A stretch of 62,432 bases of DNA, counting the filler, from an uncultured bacterium (GTDB lineage: Bacteria > Latescibacterota > UBA2968), in the NCBI GenBank assembly GCA_964471275.1. It is 14 parts of 14 records of this genome, joined end to end, with 100 filler letters (N's around TTAATTAATTAA, not from the genome) between each part and the next. Parts side by side here need not be neighbours in the genome. Positions count along the whole stretch, not along the records: positions 36,626 to 40,915 come from CAYYGZ010000312.1; positions 41,016 to 45,292 come from CAYYGZ010000313.1; positions 45,393 to 49,650 come from CAYYGZ010000314.1; 11 more parts are not named here. One strand, written 5' to 3'. The notes beneath the pieces are model-generated. The model had not been told where the DNA came from, did no database searches, and saw only the letters and a program-made list of their open reading frames with translations. The translations under genes and the position numbers were made by a program. Of the stretch, positions 39,644 to 49,750 are shown piece by piece; within the stretch, counting starts at the first letter, position 1; each line of letters starts with the position of its first letter.

Positions 39644-40654
39644 ATGGCTGATACAACGCACATAGACGTACCTGGACACGGGGGGGTGGAGCAGAACGCC
39701 TGGGCCGCAGCCCTGAAGGTCGAACCCGGAGAAGGGGCTGCACTGGGTTGGCTTGTCGGCTTCTCATTCTTCCAAGGCATCGTGTTGGCCTCGTTCTACG
39801 TCGCAAGCAGCGCACTCTTTCTGTCGACCTACGGGTCCGAGGCGATCCCTTGGGTGTATATCGCTTCCACTTTCGTGGCTTCGGGCACAGGCGCGCTCTA
39901 CTATCGTGTCGAGCGTTGCTGGACCCCATCTCGTCTTCTCTGGCTCACTCTGTTCTTTGTTTTCCTGCCGATTGCTACTTGGCCCTTTCAGACACGTTCC
40001 CTCAAGAACGTGGAGACGCGGAAGAGCGAATCCGGGAGCTTCTGAGTGAGTCAACACGATGGGTCAGTCCGTGGGCGCGCGCATCAGCGATCTACGCGAT
40101 GTGCGAGATGGGCAAGGGCGACGACGAGGTCGTACGCCTACTGCTGGAGAACCCGGACCCGCTGGTAAGAGAGACTGCGCAGTTCGCCGCACGCCGATTC
40201 GCAGAGATCGGTGAGATTGATGAGAAAGGGGAGGGTCCGATGCTGCTTACCATCGGGCGAGTACTGGTGCTCAAACCGATTACACGGTTGGACCGATGTG
40301 CCGGAGGAGGTCCTTGCCGCGCTCTCGATGGAGATGGAAGAGGTCGAGGTGGAGGCGGGAACCGCCGTCTATGAGAAGGGCGGCAGCGGTCGGACGATGT
40401 TTATCGTGGTTGTCGGTCAGGTCAAGGTCCACGACGGAGACAAGACGTTTGTCACGCTGGGAGAGCGGGACTTCTTTGGTGAATTGACGACACTGGATCC
40501 GGCACCCCACTCGGCCACGATCACGGCAACCGAGAAGATACAGCTGCCCGGGCTCAATCGGGAGGCCCTCTATGAGCTGATGTCTGACCATCCTGAAGTG
40601 CTGCGCGAGATCATCCACGAATTGTGTGATCGACTGAGAGGGAAGGGGAGGTAG
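39644..40654 (+). pseudogene. Remnant of an Npt1/Npt2-like membrane + HEAT + cyclic-nucleotide-binding protein, with internal deletion and frameshifts
   Basis: VEPGEG...ASSALFL..YG...IPWVYI in one frame; HEAT tail DPLVRETA and MLLTI.RVLVLK in a second; cNMP domain (FFGEL..LDPAPHSATITA) resumes in the first frame after a stop. Confidence 0.7.
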
Positions 40655-40708
40655 GATGGAAGATCGAGGATTGAGGATGGGACCACTGCGGTCGAGTGAG
40701 GTCAGGAC

Positions 40709-40915
40709 ATGAATCTGTTGTTCATCATTGCGGATCAGTGGCGTGCTGACAGTCTTGGATGTGCCGGTCATCCCATCGTGAAAACACCGAATCTGGATCG
40801 ACTCGCGAAGGCGGGCACGCGGTTCGAGAAGTGTTTTGCACAAACGGCTCCGTGTGGGCCAAGCCGGATGTGCATCTATACGGGACGGTATCTGTGCTCA
40901 CACCGAGGCATACAC
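40709..40915 (+). CDS. Sulfatase-like hydrolase, 3' truncated
   Basis: MNLLFIIADQWRAD, TPNLDRLA, CGPSR. Confidence 0.88.
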
Positions 40916-41048
40916 NNNNNNNNNNNNNNNNNNNNNNNNNNNNNNNNNNNNNNNNNNNNTTAATTAATTAANNNNNNNNNNNNNNNNNNNNNNNNNNNNN
41001 NNNNNNNNNNNNNNNTTGTCATTGGATTGCTCGCTTGAAAACCTCTTT

Positions 41049-41111
41049 GTGCTGTAAGCCGCTACTATTTGGGACTGGGCCGCAGTCCCAAATAGTAGCG
41101 GCTTACAGCAC
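41049..41111. repeat. Perfect 29-bp inverted repeat (5-nt loop) downstream of argR
   Basis: GTGCTGTAAGCCGCTACTATTTGGGACTG-ggccg-CAGTCCCAAATAGTAGCGGCTTACAGCAC; extendable by TGAAAAC/GTTTTCA. Confidence 0.92.
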
Positions 41112-41148
41112 CGTTTTCACACCCCACACCCAATCCCCTTGCCTCCCT

Positions 41149-41616
41149 CTATCTCATCCCCTCAATCCGTGCTTGCAGTGCTGCGAGCGCGCCCTCATCC
41201 CGGCACAGGATAAACATCGTATTCTCGCCGGCGATGGTACCCACAACCTCTTCCCATCTCGCGCGGTCGATCGCTTCGCAGACACCCTGAGCGTGACCCG
41301 TGATGGTCTTGACGACAAGCGTGTTACCTGCACCGTCTAGACCGGTTACGAAGTCCGAGAGCTCACGCTTCAGGAGCGCTTCCCCGTGCAGCCGGTCAAC
41401 GCTATCCGAGGCAGCGCTCGGGAGGCCGTATCGAAATCCACCGCTCGCATCGGGGATCTTGATCACACCGAGCTCGCGCATATCCTTCGAAAGCGTCGAC
41501 TGGGTCGTATCGACACCGACAGACTTGAGTGCGAGGCTCAGGGCTTCCTGCGTCCCGATCGGATCTCCTCCGATCAGATCCAGAATTTTGCGTTGTCGGC
41601 GATCTTTGTCTGACAT
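41149..41616 (-). CDS. argR: Arginine repressor
   Basis: TQSTLSKDMRELG winged helix; VVKT..G.AQ; VGTIAGENT. Confidence 0.93.
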   Translation of the reverse strand: MSDKDRRQRKILDLIGGDPIGTQEALSLALKSVGVDTTQSTLSKDMRELGVIKIPDASGGFRYGLPSAASDSVDRLHGEALLKRELSDFVTGLDGAGNTLVVKTITGHAQGVCEAIDRARWEEVVGTIAGENTMFILCRDEGALAALQARIEGMR

Positions 41617-41646
41617 TTAGCGATTCACTTCCAAATGGACATTCCC

Positions 41647-41689
41647 AATATAGGCATAAATATTCTACTGTCAAGAATAAATATTTTTC
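41647..41689 (-). promoter_or_regulatory. argR sigma70 promoter overlapped by tandem ARG boxes
   Basis: TTGACA (41674-41669) and TATATT (41652-41647); 18-bp boxes TAGGCATAAATATTCTAC (41651-41668) and CAAGAATAAATATTTTTC (41672-41689) separated by 3 bp. Confidence 0.75.
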
Positions 41690-41792
41690 CCTGTCTAGAA
41701 AAATCTTTTTATGGTACAACCACTTAGAGCGATCTTAGGCTATTCGGCTCGACGCTACTGGAATATTGATGCGCAAACAGGAAGGCTGGTTC

Positions 41793-44138
41793 TCAGCCCT
41801 TCAGGTAGGTATCGAACCACGAGGTCATCTCGTAAAGCATGTGGAGAATGGTTTCCCGGGCGCGGTAGCCGTGACTCTCGTGTGGAAACATCACCAAACG
41901 CGTCGTCGCGCCGTGCCCTTTGAGCGCGTTGTAGAATCGTTCGCTCTGCATGGGAAATGTGCCGGAGTTGTTGTCGGCTTCCCCGTGCATAAGAAGCAGC
42001 GGCGCCTTGATCTTGTCGGCGTGCATAAACGGTGACATCGTCGAATAAATCTCCGGTGCATCCCAGAGGGTCCTTTCCTCCGCCTGGAACCCAAATGGCG
42101 TCAGGGTCCGGTTGTAGGCGCCGCTGCGCGCAACTCCGGCCTGGAACAGATCCGACTGTGCCAGAAGATTCGCTGTCATGAAGGCACCATACGAATGCCC
42201 ACCGACGCCGATACGTCCAGCCTCTGCAACACCCCGTCTGATCACCTCGTAGACCGCCGCTTGTGCCGATGCAACGAGTTGCTCCACATACGTGTCATTC
42301 GCCTCCTCGTCCCCCTCCCCGATGATCGGCATCGTCGGGCCATCCAGAACGGCATAACCCTCCGTCAGCAGGTGGAGAGGCGAATGGGAAGCCAGCCTGG
42401 TAAACCGATGCGGTGAATCCTTTACTTGTCCGGCAGCATCTGCACTCTTGAACTCGCGCGGGTAGGCCCAGATGATCGTGGGCACCGGCCCCTTCGACGG
42501 GTCGTATCCCGGCGGTGTGTGGAGCGTACCCGTGAGCTGCACGCCATCCGCCCGTGAATACTTGATCAGCTCCTTCTTTGCGTCACGCAGCTGTGGATAC
42601 GGGTGCGGATACTTGGTGATCGCTTTCAGGTCACCGGAACTCAAATCATGCAGGAAGAAGTTGGTCGGCTCATCCTCGCGCTCTCGACTTACGAGGATAA
42701 TCGGTCCCGCCCGATCCACAATCTGGATGGCTCTCTCAAAAACAGGAGGTTCCGACTGCGTCAGGCGTTCTGTGCTCTTCGACGCAAGATCGAAAACATC
42801 GATAAAGGGACGGTCCCCCTCGGGGGATGCACCATCTCCGGCCAGATACAGCGTCTCGCCCTCTGACATCAGCACACGGGTACCTCGGTCCGACCATTCA
42901 CTCAGGGGACTACCCGGGTCACCGTATCGGTCCTCGAAAGATCGATCAAACACGAGCTCCCGACTGTCATCCTCATTCCCGGGGCGAAACCGCCAGACAC
43001 GGAGCCGCCTTTCTTTCCACCATCGCTCGCGCGCGAGTGCCAGATCATCTCTCCCCCACGAGAACCCCAGTTGTCTCAACTCGAAGTCAGCAAGAAAACG
43101 CCCATCGCCCTCGAACGGTGGCACCAGGGAGAAGGCACGGTCTCGGATGGCCGACTCGGTCGCAGGATCGCCGCCATCCTGTGCCTCGACCCAGACCAGC
43201 TCGGCGTCAGCGTCGGCGCGCCACTCAAAACCGCGTGGTCCCTCCGGCACGGCATCGAAGGCGATCGGAACAGACTCGGCGAGGGGAAGATCGGCAACCT
43301 CCCTCACCAGTTGCCCGGAGGCATCCAGGATGCGCACCCGTTCGGGGAATCGGTAGTACGGAACCAGATATGAAAAGGGCCGGTGGAGTGTTTCGAGCAG
43401 GATATACCGACCGTCAGGAGACGGTGCCGACCGAGTGTGCAAACCCGCTTCCGAAATAACTTCGATACTCCCACCCAGCGACACGATAGCGACCTCTGAG
43501 GCACCGTAGTGTTCGAAGAGCTGCTCATCTCCGGGGCTCTTGAGTAGGTCCTGATACGTTGGCGAGGGGGCAATCTCCCGGAGATTCTCCTGAATGATCG
43601 GACCCGGCGGAGGCGAGCCCGACGGCCGGTTCCCACGATCGTCCGGCAGAAGCCGACACACGATCCGGTCACCGTCCGACATCCACGCAAAGGACGCACC
43701 GAAGATTCCGTTCAATTCTCGATCTGCCAGGCACGTTGCCTTCGCACTCGCCACATCGACTGTCCACAACGTAGTTCCGGCATTCTGCCTCACAGTAAAG
43801 GCAAAGTGGTCTCCTGAGGGTGAGAACCGGATCTGCCCGAGTCGGGCGTCAGTGGGAAGACCTGTCACTTCCCGATCTTCAGCCGTGTGGATGTCGCGAA
43901 TCGTGAATCCGGTAGAGTAGGGTACGCGACTTGGACCGTTCGTCACCGGATCGATCCGTAATCCAGCCAGGCGCACCTCCTCCTTTCCCACCTCCTCGAT
44001 CGGCGGCAGGCTAGGTCGATGCATCATGATCAGACAGCGACGATTGGGATCGAGACTCAAGAACGGTGTCGGCGGTGCATCGATCAGGTCAACGATAGCC
44101 TGTGATGGCAGTTGGTAGACTGGGGTATCATCCGGCAT
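41793..44138 (-). CDS. S9 family (prolyl oligopeptidase-like) serine peptidase, glutamyl endopeptidase-like
   Basis: GGHSYGAF nucleophile, ARSGAYNRTLTPFGFQ, HGEADNN, ESHGY. Confidence 0.92.
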   Translation of the reverse strand: MPDDTPVYQLPSQAIVDLIDAPPTPFLSLDPNRRCLIMMHRPSLPPIEEVGKEEVRLAGLRIDPVTNGPSRVPYSTGFTIRDIHTAEDREVTGLPTDARLGQIRFSPSGDHFAFTVRQNAGTTLWTVDVASAKATCLADRELNGIFGASFAWMSDGDRIVCRLLPDDRGNRPSGSPPPGPIIQENLREIAPSPTYQDLLKSPGDEQLFEHYGASEVAIVSLGGSIEVISEAGLHTRSAPSPDGRYILLETLHRPFSYLVPYYRFPERVRILDASGQLVREVADLPLAESVPIAFDAVPEGPRGFEWRADADAELVWVEAQDGGDPATESAIRDRAFSLVPPFEGDGRFLADFELRQLGFSWGRDDLALARERWWKERRLRVWRFRPGNEDDSRELVFDRSFEDRYGDPGSPLSEWSDRGTRVLMSEGETLYLAGDGASPEGDRPFIDVFDLASKSTERLTQSEPPVFERAIQIVDRAGPIILVSREREDEPTNFFLHDLSSGDLKAITKYPHPYPQLRDAKKELIKYSRADGVQLTGTLHTPPGYDPSKGPVPTIIWAYPREFKSADAAGQVKDSPHRFTRLASHSPLHLLTEGYAVLDGPTMPIIGEGDEEANDTYVEQLVASAQAAVYEVIRRGVAEAGRIGVGGHSYGAFMTANLLAQSDLFQAGVARSGAYNRTLTPFGFQAEERTLWDAPEIYSTMSPFMHADKIKAPLLLMHGEADNNSGTFPMQSERFYNALKGHGATTRLVMFPHESHGYRARETILHMLYEMTSWFDTYLKG

Positions 44139-44201
44139 GGGTAATCAGCTCTCTTCGAATAACCTACTGGGTTGGCTCGATTGTGCTCATCGACCACGGA
44201 T

Positions 44202-45208
44202 TCAGGATGCCGGACACTCCCAATCGATCTGACACCCGGTTGCCTGCTCGAAATCCTGGGTCAGTTTCGCCCGATCCGCTGCGCGTGGCAACTTCTGTAC
44301 GGGCACAACGACCCGCCGCTCGGCCGGGTAGAACCGGGGCGCGCCTCTGACCGTGCAGCTATCCGGTGTCAGCCGACTGGCTTCCATAGCGATGTGTTCC
44401 TGGTTCGCAGATTTCCGGATACGGATATTCCACCCGGTTTCGCGCGTCAGCTCATCCAGCTGGTTCCGGTAACGTGCACCGACCGACGGGCTCACGAACG
44501 TAACCTCGATAAAGCTATCCTCGTGATCGGACTTCAGACCCACACGGTAGGGCGCGTGCGGTTCCGAAGCAAAGCGTGTGCGAACAACCTCTTACGCCTT
44601 GTTGATTTCCAGTGCCCCCGCAGGCGCCCTGGACTCCTGGACTTTGCGAGGTCCCGACACATCCGAAAGCACAAGAGTATAGCCTGTCAGTTCTTTATAT
44701 GCCTCAGACGCCTTCCGCGCCACCTCTACCCATCCATCCCTTGTTTCCGGTGCCACAGCGACCTGGAGAAGCACCTCCTTCCGCTCGATCCTGAGCGCCG
44801 GCGCCTTCCGTGATGTAGCTCCCTCGGGCACACGGTTCAAGGCTTCCTCGAACAGTCTGGCCTGGTGCGGCGTATCGCGTACGATCAGTGACCATCCTGT
44901 CTCCGCTTCAAACCGGGAGACCTCATCGGCATACCGGTCTCGGAAAACATCGGGGAAGTGCACGGCCAGTTCGTAGATCCCTTTCTCAACGTGGGCGCTG
45001 CATTTGATCAGCCCCGCCTCTGCGGGCAGCGAAAATCGGATTCGGTCACGTGCCGCATTCATCTCCATCTTCCCATCATCGGCAACCTCTTCACGAGCAA
45101 TGGGATGGTAGAGATACGGCCGCCGAAAATCCCCGCGGAAGGCAGACTGCCGCGACTTTAGCAATGACTGTACCTTGTCCTCGAGGGTCATTGATGTTCC
45201 TCCAGGGC
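44202..45208 (-). pseudogene. C-terminal repeat region of a probable MBL/beta-CASP ribonuclease; 5' end lost at the 51-bp repeat; internal TAA (44592-44594)
   Basis: ORFs 44592-45221 and 44202-44543 are in the same frame; repeated M/LExNxA...F.FP/SP...RY...ETGW units. Confidence 0.6.
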
Positions 45209-45259
45209 AAGTTGCGGGCAAACAACTCTTCCGTACGATCTTAGGTGACCCTCATTTCT
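45209..45259. repeat. 51-bp dispersed repeat, copy 2
   Basis: Identical to 5-55; sits at the truncation point of the adjacent pseudogene, 33 bp from the contig end. Confidence 0.85.
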
Positions 45260-45392
45260 CTGGGAACAAGGTCCTAACCTGTTAACACTATTNNNNNNNN
45301 NNNNNNNNNNNNNNNNNNNNNNNNNNNNNNNNNNNNTTAATTAATTAANNNNNNNNNNNNNNNNNNNNNNNNNNNNNNNNNNNNNNNNNNNN

Positions 45393-45841
45393 CCAGCAGT
45401 GCTGCAACAAAAGCACAAACCATTATTCGGGACTATTCGGGTGAGAACATAGCCGGACGCGCCCTCGTCACGCTGGCGAATATCTATTTCGATCAGGGGC
45501 GATATGACGAAGCGACGGCTCATTACCGCCAGTTCCTTGACGTAATCGATGATCCGCGCGGTCCTGAGGGTTTTGGCGCAAATGCAGGCATCGCGGCCGC
45601 TATGGAGGCCCAGGGCAATCTTGCCGGGGCAGCGCAGGAGTATGCATCCTACGCGGATCGGTTTGCACAGACGCCTTTCGCGCCGCTTGCGCTGAAAGAA
45701 GCAGGACGATGCTATCTGGCTGCCGGAGATCTGGATCAAGCAAAGCAGACGTATTTGCGTATCCGTGGTGAATATCGGGCATCGCCATCATCTCGGATCG
45801 CACAGACGGAACTGGAGATCCTGGGGATTCTAACAGATTAG
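45393..45841 (+). CDS. TPR protein (YfgM-like), 5' truncated
   Basis: Open frame from the contig start: ALVTLANIYFDQGRYDEA...ALKEAGRCYLAAGDLDQAKQTY. Confidence 0.7.
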
Positions 45842-45869
45842 CAACATAGCGCGCTACACACAGAAAAAA

Positions 45870-45897
45870 AACAGGTATAAGATACATTATGTAAACT
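45870..45897 (+). other. Putative chromosomal dif site (XerC/XerD recombination)
   Basis: AACAGGTATAA-GATACA-TTATGTAAACT: 11-6-11 layout; right arm equals the Bacillus subtilis dif arm TTATGTAAACT; intergenic AT-rich context. Confidence 0.75.
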
Positions 45898-46035
45898 TAT
45901 CTTTGTCTCAGATTCTTTTTTCCTCCTCTGCAGTCGTTCTTTCCAAAACAGCGCTTTCTCTTCTCCTCCCCAGTTGCAGCAGCCCAGTTACCCCCCCCTC
46001 GCTTGTGAACTCATTTCTATCCGAAAGCGAATCCA

Positions 46036-47133
46036 TTGTTTGAACAACATAGGAAGACGCCGCTGCATGACGTCCACGTCGCCTTGGGTGGGCGGATTGT
46101 GCCCTTTGCCGGATGGGATATGCCCGTCCAATACACCTCGATCAAGGAAGAGCATCACGCAGTACGCTCAGACGTGGGTATCTTCGATGTGAGCCATATG
46201 GGTGAGTTTGTCTTTCGGGGGCCCGTTGCTCGGGATTTACTCCAATACCTGACGGCCAACGATCTTGCCGCGGTGGCCGTTGGTTCGTGCCACTATTCGT
46301 TCTTCCTGAACACGCTGGGCGGGACTGTCGATGATGCGATGGTCTATCGGCGTAGTGATGTTGATTATCTCGTAGTAGTAAATGCGGGAAACGTTGAGAA
46401 AGACTGGGCCCACGTTGTCTCTGTGGCTGAGGGGTTTCCTGGAGCCGATATCCGGAACGAGAGCGACGATCACGCACTTCTTGCAGTCCAAGGCCCAGGG
46501 GCATTTGCGGCTTTAGAGTCGCTTCTCAGCCTCGATCCGGTGGATTTGCCGTTTCACGCTGTTCGGTCTGCCCGACTCGGGGATTCCGATGTCCTGGTCG
46601 CAGCCTCTGGGTATACGGGTGAGAACGGTGTCGAAATCTTCGTAGAACCAGAGCGAACATCTGATGTATGGAAAGTGCTGACCTCGGAGGGTAAGGCAGT
46701 CCCTTGCGGGCTGGGCGCACGCAATACGCTCCGCCTAGAGGCCTCGCTTGCGCTGTACGGGCACGAACTCGACGACGAAACATCGCCACTCGAAGCCAAT
46801 CTTGGCTTTGCTGTAGCCAAATCTGGTGATTACCTCGGTTCGCGGGTCATCGAGGAGCAGCGGAAATCAGGCACCAGGAAGTCTCTGGTCATGATAGAGA
46901 TGGAAGATCGTGCAATCCCGCGGCAAGGTTACTCGATTTGCGCTAATGATAGGGAGATAGGGATCGTTACGAGTGGATCTCTTGCGCCGTGGCTGGGGAA
47001 GAACATCGGTATGGGCTACGTCGAGCCAGCTTTCCGGAAGCCAGGTACGGACATAACCATTGGCATACGGGATCGAGCGGCCAGGGCACGCGTTGTGAAG
47101 CGGCCCTTCTACACGCGCCCGAATCGGGTCTAG
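46036..47133 (+). CDS. gcvT: Glycine cleavage system aminomethyltransferase T
   Basis: [43 protein letters not shown]. Confidence 0.95.
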   Translation: MFEQHRKTPLHDVHVALGGRIVPFAGWDMPVQYTSIKEEHHAVRSDVGIFDVSHMGEFVFRGPVARDLLQYLTANDLAAVAVGSCHYSFFLNTLGGTVDDAMVYRRSDVDYLVVVNAGNVEKDWAHVVSVAEGFPGADIRNESDDHALLAVQGPGAFAALESLLSLDPVDLPFHAVRSARLGDSDVLVAASGYTGENGVEIFVEPERTSDVWKVLTSEGKAVPCGLGARNTLRLEASLALYGHELDDETSPLEANLGFAVAKSGDYLGSRVIEEQRKSGTRKSLVMIEMEDRAIPRQGYSICANDREIGIVTSGSLAPWLGKNIGMGYVEPAFRKPGTDITIGIRDRAARARVVKRPFYTRPNRV

Positions 47134-48257
47134 GCAAGTCCCCTACTTTCGAGCTCGTGCCGGGCTTCCTCGAACTGATCCACGGCCTCGGACCTATCCG
47201 ACCAGGCCACAAGCTCCTCCAGCCCAGTTTGAAGGCGAACCTGCGGGACGTATCCCAGGTCTCGCTCGATCTTGGATATGTTGGGAAAGCAGTGACGCGT
47301 ATCCCCTGACCGGTAACGTCCGGTAATCTCCACCCCGAGATCCTCAACTCCGTAAATCTTCTCGATCGTTTCCGCAATCTGCCTGATCGTTACACGCTTA
47401 CCTGAACCCACATTGTACGCTTGGTAGCTCGCGACATCTTGAGCCATTGCCAGCATGTTGGCCTGTACGATATCGTGGACGCTCACGAAATCCCTCGATT
47501 GCTCGCCATCCTCATAGATCACTGGCGTATTCCCGTTCTTGATCCGACTCATGAAGATTGCCGCTACACCCGTATAAGGGTTCGAAAGAGATTGTCGCGG
47601 TCCATAGACATTGAAATACCGGAGCGCGACTGCCGGTATGTCGTAGGCTCGACCGATCGCCAGAACCATTTCTTCTTGATCCGTCTTGGTATGTGCATAG
47701 ATCGCGTAGCTGTTCCGTTCTGCGGTCTCCGTGATGCCGACCGCGTGCAGATCTCCCCTACACGCCGGGCAAAGCGGCTCCCATCGGTTCTCTGCGAGTT
47801 GCTCGTCAGACCGAAGACCTGTCCTCTTCGGTCCGTGAACCGGGCATTCATAGGCACCTTCCCCGTAACTGCTTTGGGATGCCGCAACAACTATCTTTTC
47901 GATCCTGTGGTTCTTGTGGTTGACGATGATGTCAAGAAGGTTCGCCGTTCCGCCGGTATTGACATCGACATACTTTTTGATTTGGTACTGCGACTGCCCC
48001 ATACCCACCATTGCAGCTTCGTGGAAAACCACCTCGATATCGTCGAGGGCGTCCTTCAATGCATCATAGTCCCGTACATCCCCCTTGATAAACTCTGCGT
48101 TGCCGTTGGCATACTCCGGTAGTCCATCATTCGTATGGACCTGCGGGTCCAGGTTGTCGAAGATTCTGACCGTATGCCCTTGCCGAATCAGCTCGTCCAC
48201 GATAAACGACCCAATGAAGCCCATACCACCAGTTACCAACACACGCTTTGAAGTCAT
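47130..48257 (-). CDS. NAD-dependent epimerase/dehydratase
   Basis: MTSKRVLVTGGMGFIGS, YAHTK, LRYFNVYGPRQ, RDFVSV. Confidence 0.92.
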   Translation of the reverse strand: MTSKRVLVTGGMGFIGSFIVDELIRQGHTVRIFDNLDPQVHTNDGLPEYANGNAEFIKGDVRDYDALKDALDDIEVVFHEAAMVGMGQSQYQIKKYVDVNTGGTANLLDIIVNHKNHRIEKIVVAASQSSYGEGAYECPVHGPKRTGLRSDEQLAENRWEPLCPACRGDLHAVGITETAERNSYAIYAHTKTDQEEMVLAIGRAYDIPAVALRYFNVYGPRQSLSNPYTGVAAIFMSRIKNGNTPVIYEDGEQSRDFVSVHDIVQANMLAMAQDVASYQAYNVGSGKRVTIRQIAETIEKIYGVEDLGVEITGRYRSGDTRHCFPNISKIERDLGYVPQVRLQTGLEELVAWSDRSEAVDQFEEARHELESRGLA

Positions 48258-49132
48258 TCTGCTTGTCCGTTCTTTCTCTTGGGGTTGCTGTTGGGCGCTG
48301 GCGCAAGGAGGCCGAGCACCAGTCGTGTGAACCAAAACCGCACCGAATGGTAGTGTTTTTGGCCAAAATAGTTGAGGTATTCACGCTGCATGAGCTTTCG
48401 CTCACGAGGAACTGGTGCCTTGTTCCGATAGTGGACGATCGGAGCGACGGGTAAGTAGACGCACTCCCAACCTGATTGGACCGTTCGGTAACACAGGTCG
48501 ACATCCTCACAGTAGAGGTAGATCTTCTCATCAAACCCGCCGATGGCTTCGAAAACCGACCGACGAATCCAGAGATAGGCACCAGTCACCCACCCAACGC
48601 GCCTAGATATGTCGTAGCCTTGCCAGTGCTGGAATGATGCCTGACCAAACAGGTTCTGCAGAAACGTGAGTGGTTTCAGCGCCCTGTTAAGAACGAGAGA
48701 AGTGAACGTTGGGTAGGTTCCCGTAGATCGCTCGAGATCTCCGTCCCCATCGTAGATTGTTCCCCCTGCTACACCCCAACTGGGGTGTTCATCTAGTGCC
48801 TCAAGCATCTGTTGAAGGGATCCGGGCTTGACGACGGTGTCTTGATTCAAGAACAGGAGCGTTTCACCCGTTGCGCGTTGTGCCCCAAGATTGTTCGCTG
48901 GGCCGAATCCTATGGTTTCCGTCAGATGTACGGCCTCCGCCCAGGGGTATGTGTCGTTCAGAAGCTCGCGAGACCCGTCCGATGACGCGTTCTCGACCAC
49001 AATAGTCTGAAGTCGCTCGTATATGTCTTGGGAAGCAAGCGAAGCCAGACATCCAGCCAACCAGTCTTTTGTGTTGGTGTTGACGATAATGATCGAAAGT
49101 GCTGGATTTGCAGTAGGTGGAGTTGCCATCAA
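48254..49132 (-). CDS. Glycosyltransferase family 2
   Basis: SIIIVN, VENASSDGS, GFGPANN, LNQD, GGFDE..YLYCEDVDLC. Confidence 0.92.
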   Translation of the reverse strand: MMATPPTANPALSIIIVNTNTKDWLAGCLASLASQDIYERLQTIVVENASSDGSRELLNDTYPWAEAVHLTETIGFGPANNLGAQRATGETLLFLNQDTVVKPGSLQQMLEALDEHPSWGVAGGTIYDGDGDLERSTGTYPTFTSLVLNRALKPLTFLQNLFGQASFQHWQGYDISRRVGWVTGAYLWIRRSVFEAIGGFDEKIYLYCEDVDLCYRTVQSGWECVYLPVAPIVHYRNKAPVPRERKLMQREYLNYFGQKHYHSVRFWFTRLVLGLLAPAPNSNPKRKNGQAE

Positions 49133-49650
49133 GATCCAGACGAGAGATAGGTGGCGACCCGGTAGAAGAGAAAGACCAGGTGTTTACGAATCCACCGTGA
49201 AATGTAATGTGTCTTTCGGGGCACGCACCTCTTCCCCCCAGAAGCGACCGCAACAAGCGACCGCATTCCGTGATCGAATCTCGCAGAGATATCGACATCC
49301 CGGAAACCGGCTTCGGTCGGCAGCTGACCGAGGCGCTCTGCACTAAACCCGGTCTTGTGGAATTCACCGGGGTGATTCTGAAGACCGAATATCGTGTCCA
49401 GGGCCCAGTCCCAGCGGCTCCGCTCGGATAACCTCAACCACTGCTTGAGGCACCAGGGGAAATCGGGCACTATCACTTCTACAGTGCCCGTTACTTTCAA
49501 CACACGATTCCATTCAGCAAGCACATCCCCGATCTCGTGTTTGGACAGGTGTTCCAAGACGTGTGACGAGTAGACACCATCAACCGAATTTCTGGGGAAA
49601 CCGAGACAACCAGCGTCCATCTTGAGATCGCCTTCGGCGAATGCATCGAT
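49129..49650 (-). CDS. SAM-dependent methyltransferase domain protein, 5' truncated
   Basis: SVDGVYSSHVLEHL...EWNRVLK..G...VPD. Confidence 0.8.
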   Translation of the reverse strand: MDAFAEGDLKMDAGCLGFPRNSVDGVYSSHVLEHLSKHEIGDVLAEWNRVLKVTGTVEVIVPDFPWCLKQWLRLSERSRWDWALDTIFGLQNHPGEFHKTGFSAERLGQLPTEAGFRDVDISARFDHGMRSLVAVASGGKRCVPRKTHYISRWIRKHLVFLFYRVATYLSSGS

Positions 49651-49750
49651 NNNNNNNNNNNNNNNNNNNNNNNNNNNNNNNNNNNNNNNNNNNNTTAATT
49701 AATTAANNNNNNNNNNNNNNNNNNNNNNNNNNNNNNNNNNNNNNNNNNNN

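Noticed and set aside
45842..46035. Glycine riboswitch upstream of gcvT
   Set aside because: No GGAGA...CCGAAG...CTCTCAGG aptamer pattern; the region is pyrimidine-rich and contains the dif-like site instead.
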